From an uncultured Acidobacteriota bacterium (GTDB lineage: Bacteria > Acidobacteriota > Vicinamibacteria > Vicinamibacterales > 2-12-FULL-66-21): a stretch of 64,000 nt of DNA. Below are positions 50,972-64,000 of the stretch, piece after piece. A program made the translations under genes and the position numbers. The notes beneath the pieces are model-generated. The model was not told the DNA's origin, did no database searches, and saw nothing but the letters and a program-made list of their open reading frames with translations. The stretch is taken from positions 513,191 through 577,190 of the forward strand of contig CAVVQQ010000003.1 of NCBI GenBank assembly GCA_963750475.1, given 5' to 3'. Within the stretch, counting starts at the first letter, position 1; each line of letters begins with the position of its first letter.

Positions 50972-51205
50972 CTCAGCCCCTCCACGATTCTACGCCCAGG
51001 CCGGCCGCCAGGGCCAGGAACCTTGTCGACTCCGAATCGGGGCAAGCTCGCTGTGCGGGGCACGCCGGCTGAGACGGTCGACGGCCACCCTCTCGGACAA
51101 TGAGCTATGATCCTCGTGGCCGACCGTCGCGCATCACCCAGAGTGGCCCGGTTGCGATCTGTCGTGGCGCCAAATGCCTGCACCCGCTTTGATAAGATCC
51201 CCCTC

Positions 51206-52756
51206 ATGACTCGCGTCTCCCTCGTCCGCTGGGCCATCGTCGCCTGCCTCGGCATCCTGATCGCCATGGCGGTGGTGGCGGGCCTCGGCTCCCGGACCGC
51301 GACGCTGCGGCAGCTGGTCGTCGAGACCCTCGCCGATCGGCTCGACAGCGATGTCGAGCTCGGCGCTTTCAGCGTCGATACCTTTCCCCGCGTCCACATC
51401 ACCGGCGCCGGCCTCGTCATCCGGCACCGGAACCGGCGCGACGTGCCGCCGCTCGTCGCCATCGACAGCTTCACCGTCGATGGCGGCCTGTTCGGCCTGT
51501 GGCACCGGCCGCGCCGCTTCCGGACGGTCACCGTCACCGGTCTGCGAGTCAGCATTCCGCCCGGCGGCTTCAAGAAAGATGATGCGGCGGACACGCCGGA
51601 CGACGACAAGGGCGGGGCAGGGGCGATCGTCGTCGACGAGCTGATCGCCGACAACGCCGCCCTGGTGCTGGTGCCGCGCCGCGCCGACAAGGAGCCGAAG
51701 ATCTTCGACATCCACCACCTCACCATGAAGCCGCTTGGCAAGGGAGAGGTGATGTCGTACGAAGCCGCGATCACCAACCCGCTGCCGAAGGGGCTCGTCC
51801 AGGCCAGCGGCACGTTCGGACCTTGGCATCGCGGCGACCCGGGCGGCACGCCGCTGACGGGACGCTATACGTTCGACGATGTCGACTTGTCGACGGTGAA
51901 GGGTATCGGCGGCAACCTGAGCTCGACCGGGAGCTTCAACGGCCAGCTCGATCGGATTGCGGTGTCCGGTGAAACGCGGACACCTGACTTTTTCGTCAAG
52001 GTGGCGGGCAATCCGATTCCGCTCCAGACGAAGTTCGACGCGGTCGTCGACGGCACCGACGGCGACACCTATCTCAACGCCGTGTCGGCGACGTTCCTCA
52101 AGACGTCTCTGACCGCGCGCGGCGCGGTGGTCGGCGCCGAGGGGGTCAAGGGGCGGACCGTCAAGGTCCACGTGAAGATAGACGACGGCCGGATCGAGGA
52201 CATCCTGCGCGTCGCGGTCCACGGCGAGAAGCCGGTGATGGGCGGACGCGTCGCGCTCCACGCCGACATGAACCTGCCGGCCGGGCCGGCCGACGTCATG
52301 GACCGGCTCGCACTGACCGGCGAGCTCGATGTCGCAGGTGCCCGCTTCACCGACAAGGGCGTGCAGACGAAGATCTCGGACATCAGCGAACGTGCGCGCG
52401 GAATGGATCCGGAGGCGAGCAACCAGAACGTCGCCTCGGATCTGCGGGCGAAGTTCACGCTGGCGCGCGGCGTCATCACCCTTCGCGACGCGTCGTTCGC
52501 GATGCCGGGCGCGAACGTCCAGCTCGCCGGCACCTATGGCCTGTTCAGCGAGGCGATCGAGTTCGACGGCACGGCGCGGATGAAGGCGACGATTTCCCAG
52601 GCGGCAGGCGGCGGCGTCAAGCGCGTCCTGCTGAAGGTGGTCGATCCGCTGTTCCGCAGGGACGGCGCCGGCGCGGTCCTGCCGCTCAAGATCCGCGGCA
52701 CCCGCAAGGAGCCCAAAGTGGGCCTCAACGTCGGCCGGGTTTTCGGCCGAAACTGA
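51206..52756 (+). CDS. AsmA-family-like envelope protein
   Basis: Starts at MTRVSLVRWAIVACLGILIAMAVVAGL (N-terminal anchor). The rest is a long beta-rich body with a C-terminal segment (GANVQLAGTYGL...VLPLKIRGTRKEPKV) typical of AsmA-like C-termini. Confidence 0.6.
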   Translation: MTRVSLVRWAIVACLGILIAMAVVAGLGSRTATLRQLVVETLADRLDSDVELGAFSVDTFPRVHITGAGLVIRHRNRRDVPPLVAIDSFTVDGGLFGLWHRPRRFRTVTVTGLRVSIPPGGFKKDDAADTPDDDKGGAGAIVVDELIADNAALVLVPRRADKEPKIFDIHHLTMKPLGKGEVMSYEAAITNPLPKGLVQASGTFGPWHRGDPGGTPLTGRYTFDDVDLSTVKGIGGNLSSTGSFNGQLDRIAVSGETRTPDFFVKVAGNPIPLQTKFDAVVDGTDGDTYLNAVSATFLKTSLTARGAVVGAEGVKGRTVKVHVKIDDGRIEDILRVAVHGEKPVMGGRVALHADMNLPAGPADVMDRLALTGELDVAGARFTDKGVQTKISDISERARGMDPEASNQNVASDLRAKFTLARGVITLRDASFAMPGANVQLAGTYGLFSEAIEFDGTARMKATISQAAGGGVKRVLLKVVDPLFRRDGAGAVLPLKIRGTRKEPKVGLNVGRVFGRN

Positions 52757-52889
52757 AATAATCCACTCGCCCAGGGTCGGTGTCGATCCTGGACCTTCCC
52801 GTTCGACGTATCCATAGAAGCCACGGGGCAGCCGCTTCGGCAGGGGGCCGGCGGAACGCCGCAACGGCATTGTTTCAAAGGAGATAGCG

Positions 52890-53309
52890 ATGAGGTTCAT
52901 GGTAATCGTCAAGGCCAGCAAGGAATCCGAGGCGGGTATCCTGCCGCCGCCCGAAGTGTTCGAGAAGATGAGCAAGTACAACGAAGAGCTCGCCAAGGCC
53001 GGGATGATGCTGGCGGGCGAGGGACTGCAGCCGAGCTCGAAAGGGGCGCGCATCCGTTTTTCCGGCGGCAAGACGACGGTTACCGACGGGCCGTTCGCCG
53101 AGACCAAGGAGCTGATCGCCGGCTTCTGGCTCCTGCAGGCGCGGTCGCGCGAGGAAGTGCTCGAGTGGGTCAAGCGGGCGCCGTTCGACGGCGGGACCGA
53201 ACTCGAAGTCCGGCAGATCTTCGAGACGGAAGATTTCGGCGACGCGCTGCCGCAGGAGGTCAAGGAACAGGAGGCGCGGCTGCGGGCGCAGGGCATCAAC
53301 ATCGGCTAG
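52890..53309 (+). CDS. YciI-family (DGPF-domain) protein
   Basis: MRFMVIVKAS...YNEELAKAGMMLAGEGLQPS...VTDGPFAETKELIAGFWLLQ is the YCII/DGPF signature. Confidence 0.8.
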   Translation: MRFMVIVKASKESEAGILPPPEVFEKMSKYNEELAKAGMMLAGEGLQPSSKGARIRFSGGKTTVTDGPFAETKELIAGFWLLQARSREEVLEWVKRAPFDGGTELEVRQIFETEDFGDALPQEVKEQEARLRAQGINIG

Positions 53310-53342
53310 CAACCGAGACGACTGGCGGCTACGATCGGGCGT

Positions 53343-54614
53343 GTGACTGACACGCACGCCTCGATCGACGCCGTCTGGCGCATCGAGTCGCCGAGGATCA
53401 TCGGCGGGCTGATGCGAATCCTGCGCGACCTCGAAGCCGCCGAGGACGCGGCGCACGACGCGCTGGTCGCGGCGCTCGAGCAGTGGCCGGCAGCCGGCAT
53501 TCCTGCGAATCCCGGCGCCTGGCTGATGGCGACGGCGAAACATCGCGCCATCGATCGGCTGCGCCGCCAGGCGAGCCTGGCGCGAAAGCTGCCGGCGCTC
53601 GGCGTCGAGATCCAGGCCAGAGAGCAAACCGCGCCGGATCACGACGCCGCCCTGGACGATGATGTCGGAGACGATGTGCTGCGGCTGATCTTCGCGGCCT
53701 GCCATCCGGTGCTGTCATCAGAGGCGCGCGTCGCGCTGACGCTGCGGCTTCTCGGCGGGCTGACCACCGAGGAGATTGCCCGCGCCTTCCTGGCGCCGGA
53801 GCCGACCATCGCGCAGCGGATCGTCCGTGCCAAGAAGACGATCGCGAAGGCCGGGGTGCGCTTCGAGATCCCGCGCGGCGCCGACCGCGCGGCGCGGATC
53901 GACTCGGTGCTCGAGGTCGTGTATCTGATCTTCAACGAGGGCTACGCCGCGACCTCCGGCGACGGCTGGATGCGCGGCACCCTCTGCGAGGAGGCGCTGC
54001 GGCTCGGCCGCGTGCTCGCCGGCCTGGCGCCAGACGAGGCGGAGGTGCACGGACTGGTCGCATTGATGGAGCTTCAGGCGTCGCGGCTGCGGGCGCGGCT
54101 CGGGCCGGGCGGCGAGGCCATTCTGCTTCTCGATCAGGACCGCGGCCGATGGGATCGGCTGCAGATCGGCCGCGGCCTTGCGGCGCTCGCCCGCGCCGAG
54201 CATCTCGCGGCGAGTCCCGGCCGCTACACCCTCCAGGCGGCGATTGCCGCCTGCCACGCGCGAGCCGTCGCGGCGGCCGACACCGACTGGGCGCGGATCG
54301 CCGAGCTCTACGTCGTCCTCGCCCGCGTCGCGCCGTCGCCGGTCGTCGAATTGAACCGGGCGGTGGCGGCGGGGATGGCGCATGGGGCGATCGAAGGGTT
54401 GCGCCTGGTCGAGGCGCTGGCGGACGTGCCGGCGCTGCAGGGTTATCCCTATCTGCCGGCGGCGCGCGCGGACCTGCTGGAACGGCTCGGGCGCCGCGAT
54501 CAGGCGCGCGCCGACTACGAACGCGCGGCGGCGCTGACGGAGAACGCGCGCGAGCGTGAGGTCCTGCTCGAAAAAGCCCGCCGGGTGGCGTCGGACCCGG
54601 CGGACCTCTCCTGA
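53343..54614 (+). CDS. ECF-type sigma-70 family factor with long C-terminal (TPR-like/DUF6596) extension
   Basis: 423 aa. Region 2 is AEDAAHDALVAALEQWP...PGAWLMATAKHRAIDRLRR. Region 4 is LTLRLLGGLTTEEIARAFLAPEPTIAQRIVRAKKTI. The YciI gene immediately upstream is the usual pairing. Confidence 0.8.
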   Translation: MTDTHASIDAVWRIESPRIIGGLMRILRDLEAAEDAAHDALVAALEQWPAAGIPANPGAWLMATAKHRAIDRLRRQASLARKLPALGVEIQAREQTAPDHDAALDDDVGDDVLRLIFAACHPVLSSEARVALTLRLLGGLTTEEIARAFLAPEPTIAQRIVRAKKTIAKAGVRFEIPRGADRAARIDSVLEVVYLIFNEGYAATSGDGWMRGTLCEEALRLGRVLAGLAPDEAEVHGLVALMELQASRLRARLGPGGEAILLLDQDRGRWDRLQIGRGLAALARAEHLAASPGRYTLQAAIAACHARAVAAADTDWARIAELYVVLARVAPSPVVELNRAVAAGMAHGAIEGLRLVEALADVPALQGYPYLPAARADLLERLGRRDQARADYERAAALTENAREREVLLEKARRVASDPADLS

Positions 54615-54630
54615 AACATGCCGCTGCCGG

Positions 54631-55617
54631 CTACGCCGCGCCGACGGTCTCGCGGACGCGTTTCGCGGCGCGGCCGACTGCCAGCGACCCGGTGAAGATC
54701 GCCTTGACCGGGACGACGCCGCCGAGCCGGTAGTCGCCGACTGCGGCCAGGCCGACCGAGGCCATGCAGCCGCACTGGCTGCAGTCCGGGTTGCCGCCGA
54801 ACTGGCAGGGCGCAATCGGCTGCTTCAGGTCGGCCGAAATGCACTCGGTCGTCTTCGAAAAAATGCACGCGTCCGGATTCGGCGGCGGGTCCAGGTAGCC
54901 GCGGACCACCGACGGCCGCATGTCGCTCAGCTTCGGCTCGTCCCGGTAGAGCGCGGTGATCTCCTCGACGAACAGCGCGCGGTCCTCGGCGCGCAGGCGC
55001 TCGGCCGACTCCTCGCCGATCTGCGGCGTGTAGAGGCTGAACCAGATCCGCCGGACGTCGGGATTCGCCGCCCAGAAGCGTGTGAACTCGGTGACGTAGC
55101 CGGGCCGCGCCTGCTGCCGCGTCAGCGTGCAGTGCACCGTCACCTGCTGTCCGGCGATGTGCTTGAGGATGCGGTCGTAGGTCGCGGGGGTGCGGCGGAC
55201 GTCGTGCTCCGGCTGGAGGCCGTCGATCGAGACGACCACCTGGAGTCTCGGGATGTGCGCCCACGCCGCCGGGATCGGCCGCACCGCGCTGGTCACGACC
55301 TGCGTGTGCACGCCCATCGCCGACAGCTGCGGCAGGATGACATCGAGCTCGCGGAAGCGCACGAGCGGTTCGCCGCCGACGATCGACAGGTGCAGGGGCT
55401 TGCGCGCCCGCACCAGATCGAGCATGCCGTCAATCAGCTCCTGGCCCTTGCGGTCCGAGAGCTGACGCAAAACGACGCCGCCGCCGAGATGCTCATCGCC
55501 GTAGGCGTAGCATCCCGGGCAGCGCAGCGGACATTCACGCGTGATTTCGATGGAGAGGTTCGGGCGATATCCGGAAAGGATCCGCCCCCAGGCTTTGACG
55601 ACGTCGTGTTTTTCCAA
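54631..55617 (-). CDS. Radical SAM protein with C-terminal Cys-rich motif
   Basis: 328 aa. Has the CX3CX2C motif in ITRECPLRCPGCYAY and the GGEPL motif (SIVGGEPLV). The C-terminal APCQFGGNPDCSQCGCMAS may bind an auxiliary cluster. The subfamily is not recognised. Confidence 0.75.
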   Translation of the reverse strand: MEKHDVVKAWGRILSGYRPNLSIEITRECPLRCPGCYAYGDEHLGGGVVLRQLSDRKGQELIDGMLDLVRARKPLHLSIVGGEPLVRFRELDVILPQLSAMGVHTQVVTSAVRPIPAAWAHIPRLQVVVSIDGLQPEHDVRRTPATYDRILKHIAGQQVTVHCTLTRQQARPGYVTEFTRFWAANPDVRRIWFSLYTPQIGEESAERLRAEDRALFVEEITALYRDEPKLSDMRPSVVRGYLDPPPNPDACIFSKTTECISADLKQPIAPCQFGGNPDCSQCGCMASVGLAAVGDYRLGGVVPVKAIFTGSLAVGRAAKRVRETVGAA

Positions 55618-55683
55618 AACGAATACCCCTGGCGAACGGCGCCCGGGTGATCGCGAAGCGAGCGGGCGCTGTCCTATCCTAGC

Positions 55684-57050
55684 TCACCGACCGCCGTTGG
55701 CCATCGAGCCGAGGAACTCGGCGTTGTTCTTGGTCTTGCCCATCTTCGACAGCAGCAGCTCCATCGCCTCGACCGGCGAGAGCGGCGTCAGCACCTTGCG
55801 CAGCACCCACACGCGGTTGAGGTCTTCCTTCGGCATGAGCAGCTCTTCCTTGCGCGTGCCGCTCTTCTGGATGTCGATCGACGGGAACACGCGGCGGTCG
55901 GCCAGCTTGCGATCGAGGTGGATTTCGAGGTTGCCGGTGCCCTTGAACTCCTCGAAGATCACTTCGTCCATGCGCGAGCCGGTGTCGATCAGCGCGGTCG
56001 CGATGATGGTCAGCGAGCCGCCTTCTTCGATGTTGCGGGCGGCGCCGAAGAAGCGCTTCGGGCGCTGCAGCGCGTTGCTGTCGACGCCGCCCGACAGCAC
56101 CTTGCCCGAGGGCGGCACGATGGTGTTGTAGGCGCGCGCCAGGCGGGTGATCGAGTCGAGCAGGATGACGACGTCCTTCTTGTGCTCGACCAGGCGCTTG
56201 GCCTTCTCGATGACCATCTCGGCGACCTGGACGTGGCGCGTGCGCCGGCTCGTCGAACGTCGACGAGATGACCTCGCCCTTGACCGAGCGCTGCATGTCG
56301 GTGACTTCTTCGGGCCGCTCGTCGATGAGCAGGACGATCAGGTAGACCTCGGGATGGTTGGTCGTGATGCTGTTGGCGATGTTCTGCAGCAGCATCGTCT
56401 TGCCGGTGCGCGGCGGCGCGACGATCAGGCCGCGCTGGCCCTTGCCGATCGGCACCATCAGGTCCATGACGCGGGCCGACAGGTTGTCGGAGGCGGTCTC
56501 GAGCTTGATGCTGCTCCTGCGGGTAGAGCGGCGTCAGGTTCTCGAAGAAGATCTTCTCGCGCGCCCGCTCCGGCGGCTCGAAGTTGACCGCCTCGACCTT
56601 GATCAGCGCGAAGTAGCGCTCGCCTTCCTTCGGCGGGCGGATCTGGCCCGACACCGTGTCGCCGGTGTGCAGGTCGAACTTGCGGATCTGCGACGGGGAG
56701 ACGTAGATGTCGTCGGGGCCGGGCAGGTAGTTGTAGTCGGGGGCGCGCAGGAAGCCGAAGCCGTCGGGCAGCGTCTCGAGCACCCCTTCGGAGAAGATCA
56801 GGCCGCTCTTCTCGGCGCGCGCTCTGCAGGATCTCGAAGATCAGCTCCTGCTTGCGCATGCCGGTCGCGCCGGGCACGTCGAGCTGCTTGGCGATCTTGG
56901 TCAGCTCGGTCGACGCTCATGTCCTTGAGCGTCGAGAGCTCGATACGCTCGACTCCGCCGGCGGGGCGGTCGGCCGGGGCCGTCGTCGCGGGCGTCGTCG
57001 CTGCCGGTGCCGCTGTTGTCGGCCCCGCCGGAGCGGCTTGTCTGCGTCAT
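55684..57050 (-). pseudogene. rho: Transcription termination factor Rho, at least 5 frame changes as assembled
   Basis: The pieces across frames are: [38 protein letters not shown]; [41 protein letters not shown]; [24 protein letters not shown]; and [16 protein letters not shown]...[22 protein letters not shown]. Confidence 0.9.
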
Positions 57051-57650
57051 CGGTTGTTGTCCCTGGCCGGGCCAGTCTTGCGATCAGTTGTCCACAGTTC
57101 GTCCAGTCCTTCGCCGCTCGTTGCCGAGACCGGCAGGGCGGCGCATGCCAAATACGTGTTCCGAGGTCGCGCAGGTTGCGCACCCGTTCGCGCGCGCGAC
57201 AGTTTGTCGACCTTGGTCGCGACGATCTGCCGGCGTCGGCGCCGACCGTCGACAGCCACCGGTAGGCCGCGGCAGGTCGGGCTCGAGCCCGGGATGCCGC
57301 GAATCGACCAGCAGCAGCGCCGCGCGGTCCCGGCGCGGCGCTCGGGTCAGCCGCGTCCGGCGAAATAGCTGGCCGCGACCGCCGCGAGCTCGTTCGCCGA
57401 GTCGCTCGCCGCCCCGGGCGTAGCCGTAGCCGGGCAGGTCGACGAGGTAGAGGCGCCATCGGCCCGGACCGCCGGCGCCCCCTTCGACCGTCAGGCGAAA
57501 GATGTTCGCCAGCCGCGTCTTGCCGGGGCGGCGCTGGTCCGCGCCAGCTTGCGGCGGCACGAGCGCGTTGATCAGGGTCGACTTGCCGACGTTCGAGCGC
57601 CCGGCCAGCGCCACTGCGGCAGCCGTCGTGCGGGATGTCGCGCGGCGCAC
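57047..57650 (-). pseudogene. engB: Ribosome-biogenesis GTPase YihA/EngB, frame changes as assembled
   Basis: [45 protein letters not shown] and [12 protein letters not shown] are spread over three frames. The stop TGA overlaps the rho ATG (cgATGAcg). Confidence 0.8.
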
Positions 57651-57770
57651 GGCGGCGCTCGTGACGAAGTCAGCGGAAGAGCTTCAAGGTCGGCGCAGGC
57701 GGGCCGGGCGGGGCTGCCGTGGACCGAACGTCGGCGCTCAGCACGACCCCGAGTCCCTGCCAGCCATGCG

Positions 57771-60169
<2,399 letters not shown>

Positions 60170-60184
60170 GTATGGGTGATTCGT

Positions 60185-60300
60185 GCAGCTGCTCAGCTTC
60201 AGCTGTCAGCTACCGGCTGCCAGGGCGTGCAGCTGGTGGCGAGGTCGCGGGAGCGGCTGAAGTGCTGCCAGCGGTGAGCTGGCAGCTGGAAACGGCAGCG
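60185..60300. repeat. Heptamer arrays in both orientations (CAGCTNN then AGCTGGN) between lon and clpX
   Basis: The first part is cagctgc tcagctt cagctgt cagctac cggctgc, and the second part includes agctggc agctgga aacggca. The two parts share several complementary 8-12-nt blocks, for example ccggctgccag and ctggcagctgg. Confidence 0.85.
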
Positions 60301-60301
60301 T

Positions 60302-61557
<1,256 letters not shown>

Positions 61558-61650
61558 GGTCGTTGTCAGCTTCCAGCTTCCAGCGTCCGGCTTCCCGCTG
61601 GCACCCGTGACCGGAAACGCTGGCAGCTGGGAGCTGGCAGCGGTGAGCGC
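61558..61650. repeat. Inverted heptamer arrays forming a ~24-bp hairpin between clpP and clpX
   Basis: The reverse complement of cagcttccagcttccagcg (61567-61585) matches cgctggcagctgggagctg (61618-61636) at 17 of 19 positions. tccgg and ccgga extend the stem. The loop is about 20 nt. Confidence 0.85.
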
Positions 61651-62252
61651 CTACGCCCGCTTGCGGATGACATCATCAATAATACCGTATTCCTTGCCCT
61701 GGTCGGGCCGCCATGATGTAGTCGCGCTCCGTATCGTCCTGGATGCGCTTCAGCGGCTGGCCGGTGTGCTGGGCCAGGATCTGGTTGAGGCGCTCGCGCG
61801 TGCGCAGCAGCTCGCGGGCATGGATGTCGATATCGGTCGTCTGGCCGCCCAGGCCCTGCACCCACGGCTGGTGGATCAGGATCCGGGAGTTCGGCAGCGA
61901 GAACCGCTTGCCCTTGGCGCCCGGCCGCCAGCAGCACCGCCGCCACCGACGCCGCCTGGCCGATGCAGTAGGTCTGCACGTCCGGCTTGATGAACTGCAT
62001 CGTGTCGTAGATCGCCATGCCGGCCGTGATCACCCCGCCCGGGCTGTTGATGTACAGCAGGATGTCGCGGTCCGGGTCCTCGGCCTCGAGGAACAGCATC
62101 TGGGCGATGACCAGGTTGGCGACGTTGTCGTCGATCGGCGTGCCGATGAAGATGATGCTGTCCTTCAGCAGGCGCGAAAAGATGTCGTAGGCGCGTTCGC
62201 CGCGGTTGGTCTGCTCGACCACCATCGGGATGAGCTGCATGCGTTCAGACAT
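61651..62252 (-). pseudogene. clpP: ATP-dependent Clp protease proteolytic subunit ClpP, frame changes as assembled
   Basis: [53 protein letters not shown]...[21 protein letters not shown]...YCIGQAAS, then LIHQP...[11 protein letters not shown] in another frame. An extra base in the GGG run at 61704-61706 precedes the C-terminus [17 protein letters not shown]. Confidence 0.9.
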
Positions 62253-62362
62253 ACGGACTCGGACTCCGGACGTGCTGCGCGAGAATCGGATTGCAGGGGA
62301 GCCGGCGTCGCGGCAGGTCTGGCTCGTGTCTGATTATATCGGCCGCGACCGGCGAATGTCAA

Positions 62363-63726
62363 TTACCGTACGGTCGATCCCTCCTGGATGACCGTGGCCC
62401 TGCGACAGCAGGAAATCGACCGACTTTCTCCCGCCGCAGGCCGGCATACAGCCGGGCGAGGCCGCCCTCCTTCTCGAGCCGGGCCCGGACCGCGGCCGGC
62501 GTCCGGCCGGTGCGCTCGGCATAGCGGCTCGACCTCGGCCTCGACCTCGTCGTCGGTGACCTCGATCTGCTCGCGCCGGGCGACCTCGTCGAGCACCAGC
62601 GCGCCCTTGACCGCCTCGATGCGCCGCCTCGCGCTGCTGCTCGCGGAACTCCTCCCAGTTGATGCCGGCCTTCATCGGGTCGATCTGCTGCTCGATCAGC
62701 CGGCGCGACGAACTCCTCGACCCGGCGGTCGATCTCGCGGTCGAGCAGCGTCGCCGGCACCTCGAACGTCACCCGCGCCGCCAGCTGCTTCAGCAGCTCG
62801 CCGCGCGCCTCGCGCTCGGCCTCGTGCTCGCCTCGTGCTCGAGATCCTCGCGCACCCGCGTCCGCAGCGCCTCGAGCGATCTCGAACTCGCCGAGATCCT
62901 TGGCGAACTCGTCGTCCAGCTCGGGCATGACCGCGGCGCCGGATCGCCTTGACCGTCGACGTGGTAGGTGACGGTCGTGCCGGCCAGCTCCGTCGATGGC
63001 GTAGTCGGCCGGGTAGTGCACGTCGAACGACTTCGACGTCGCCGTCCTGCAGGCCGATCAGCTGCTCGTCGAAGCCCGGCGGGTTGGCGGTGGCGCCGAT
63101 CTCGACGGTCACGTTGTCGTGCCGATCGGTGCTGCGGCTCGCCGGCCGCCGGCGGCGGCGCCGGCTCACCGGCGATCACGACGCGGCTCGTCCGTTTCGG
63201 CAGCGCCGTCCGCTCGATGTCCAGCACCACCGAGTCGCCCGTCTCGATCGCCGCGCCCTTCGACCGGCTCGTAGCGCGCGGCGCGCTCGCGCAGCCCTGC
63301 GAGCGCCTCGTCCACGGCCGCATCCTCGACCCGGCTGCGCCTTGCTGCGTGCAGCGTGATGCTGGCGTAGTCGCCCGGCTCGATCGGCGGGACGGTGTCG
63401 AAGGTCGCCGTGAACTTCAGCGGCTGCCCCTCTTCGACGACGACGTCGCGGATGTCGGGCGTGTCGACCGGCTCGACGCCGCGCTCGCGCAGCGCCTCGT
63501 CGACGGCGCGCGGGATCAGGCCGTGCGCGACGTCGTGCAGGATCTGATCGCGGAAGCGCTGGCGGACGACCTTGGCCGGCACTTTCCCGGGCCGGAAGCC
63601 GGGGATGCGCGCCGCCTTGCTGTAGTCGCGCGCGACCTTGTCGATCTCGGCATCGACGGTGACGCTCGGAATCTCGACGACGAGGTTCTTCTGGGTGTCG
63701 CTGACGTCTATAAATTCTGTCTTCAT
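62363..63726 (-). pseudogene. tig: Trigger factor, frame changes as assembled
   Basis: The N-terminus is MKTEFIDVSDTQKNLVVEIPSVTVDAEIDKVARDYSKAARIPGFRPGKVPAKVVRQRF. The later domains are split over three frames, ending AGLRREKSVDFLLSQ. Confidence 0.85.
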
Positions 63727-63747
63727 TGAGCTTCTGATGAGATCGAG

Positions 63748-63831
63748 TGCGAAAGGGGGGAGTCGAACCCCCACGGCCTTTCGGCCACCGGATCCTAAGT
63801 CCGGCGCGTCTGCCAGTTCCGCCACTTTCGC
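63748..63831 (-). tRNA. tRNA-Leu (anticodon UAG), class II with long variable arm
   Basis: The minus strand reads GCGAAAG-TG-GCGGAACTGGCAGACGC-G-CCGGA-CTTAGGA-TCCGG-TGGCCGAAAGGCCGT-GGGGG-TTCGACT-CCCCC-CTTTCGC-A. The acceptor, anticodon and T arms all pair. No CCA is encoded. Confidence 0.9.
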
Positions 63832-63849
63832 GCGGGGACCGGCAACATT

Positions 63850-63934
63850 TTAGCGTATCACGCGGGAAGCCGGCAGCGGGAAGCGGGAAGCGGGAAGCTG
63901 GAAGCGGGAAGCTGGCAGCTGGAAGCCGGAAGCT
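63850..63934. repeat. Tandem heptamer array (GCGGGAA / GCTGGAA / GCTGGCA / GCCGGAA), about 11 units
   Basis: gcgggaa gccggca gcgggaa x3 gctggaa gcgggaa gctggca gctggaa gccggaa. It lies between the stop codon of the partial gene at 63935 and the 5' side of tRNA-Leu. Confidence 0.9.
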
Positions 63935-64000
63935 CTATTTTGCCCCCAGCTCGACGCTGTAAAGCGTCTTGCCGGCGACATCGCGCAGCTGGACGGTGAG
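63935..64000 (-). CDS. 3' end of an unidentified gene (partial, continues beyond the window)
   Basis: The open minus-strand frame reads ...LTVQLRDVAGKTLYSVELGAK and ends at a TAG (63935-63937). Confidence 0.35.
   Translation of the reverse strand, partial: LTVQLRDVAGKTLYSVELGAK

Overview
High-GC bacterial chromosomal window, about two-thirds G+C by eye. It is probably Acidobacteriota; that inference rests on a VWFA-related acidobacterial-domain protein and an orphan FtsX/ADOP-like permease. I can support about 60 protein genes, one tRNA, one intrinsic terminator and one promoter.

Content by region:
- 0-34 kb: ordinary core functions. These are an enolase-superfamily dehydratase, a tricorn-protease homologue, dctA, argG, ppc, a KaiC-like ATPase translationally coupled to a hybrid histidine kinase, aldo/keto reductases, cystathionine beta-synthase, a DEAD-box helicase, an SDR, an alanine:cation symporter, a GT1 glycosyltransferase, an MrfA/MrfB-like helicase-exonuclease pair, and rpmE.
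- 37.4-45.3 kb: a patchy, visibly lower-GC accessory stretch. It holds a Doc/antitoxin pair, a subclass-B3 metallo-beta-lactamase-fold gene, VOC, SnoaL, SRPBCC and DinB small-molecule-handling genes, and several orphan secreted proteins or lipoproteins.
- 55.7-63.8 kb, minus strand: the conserved cluster tRNA-Leu, tig, clpP, clpX, lon, engB, rho.

Two things are not explained by ordinary annotation:
1. At least 11 tandem arrays of 7-nt units, all variations on CCAG/CTGG plus 3 nt, some drifting to 8- or 15-nt periods. Most sit directly after stop codons. Some occur as inverted pairs that can fold into long hairpins. One lies inside the helicase reading frame, and one 400-nt array runs up to the start codon of an M28 peptidase. 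They resemble the STRR heptamers of cyanobacteria.
2. Many conserved genes need frame changes, in patches at 19.3-20.1, 28.0, 29.8-34.6, 40.6-46.3 and 55.7-63.7 kb. Where I could resolve them to the base, they are single extra bases in short homopolymers. I read these as assembly or consensus indels, not biology.

I also report a 172/236-nt dispersed repeat pair bracketing a two-gene cassette and a 33-nt motif present at two unlinked intergenic sites. I found no CRISPR array, integrase, transposase or recognisable multi-gene defence system.
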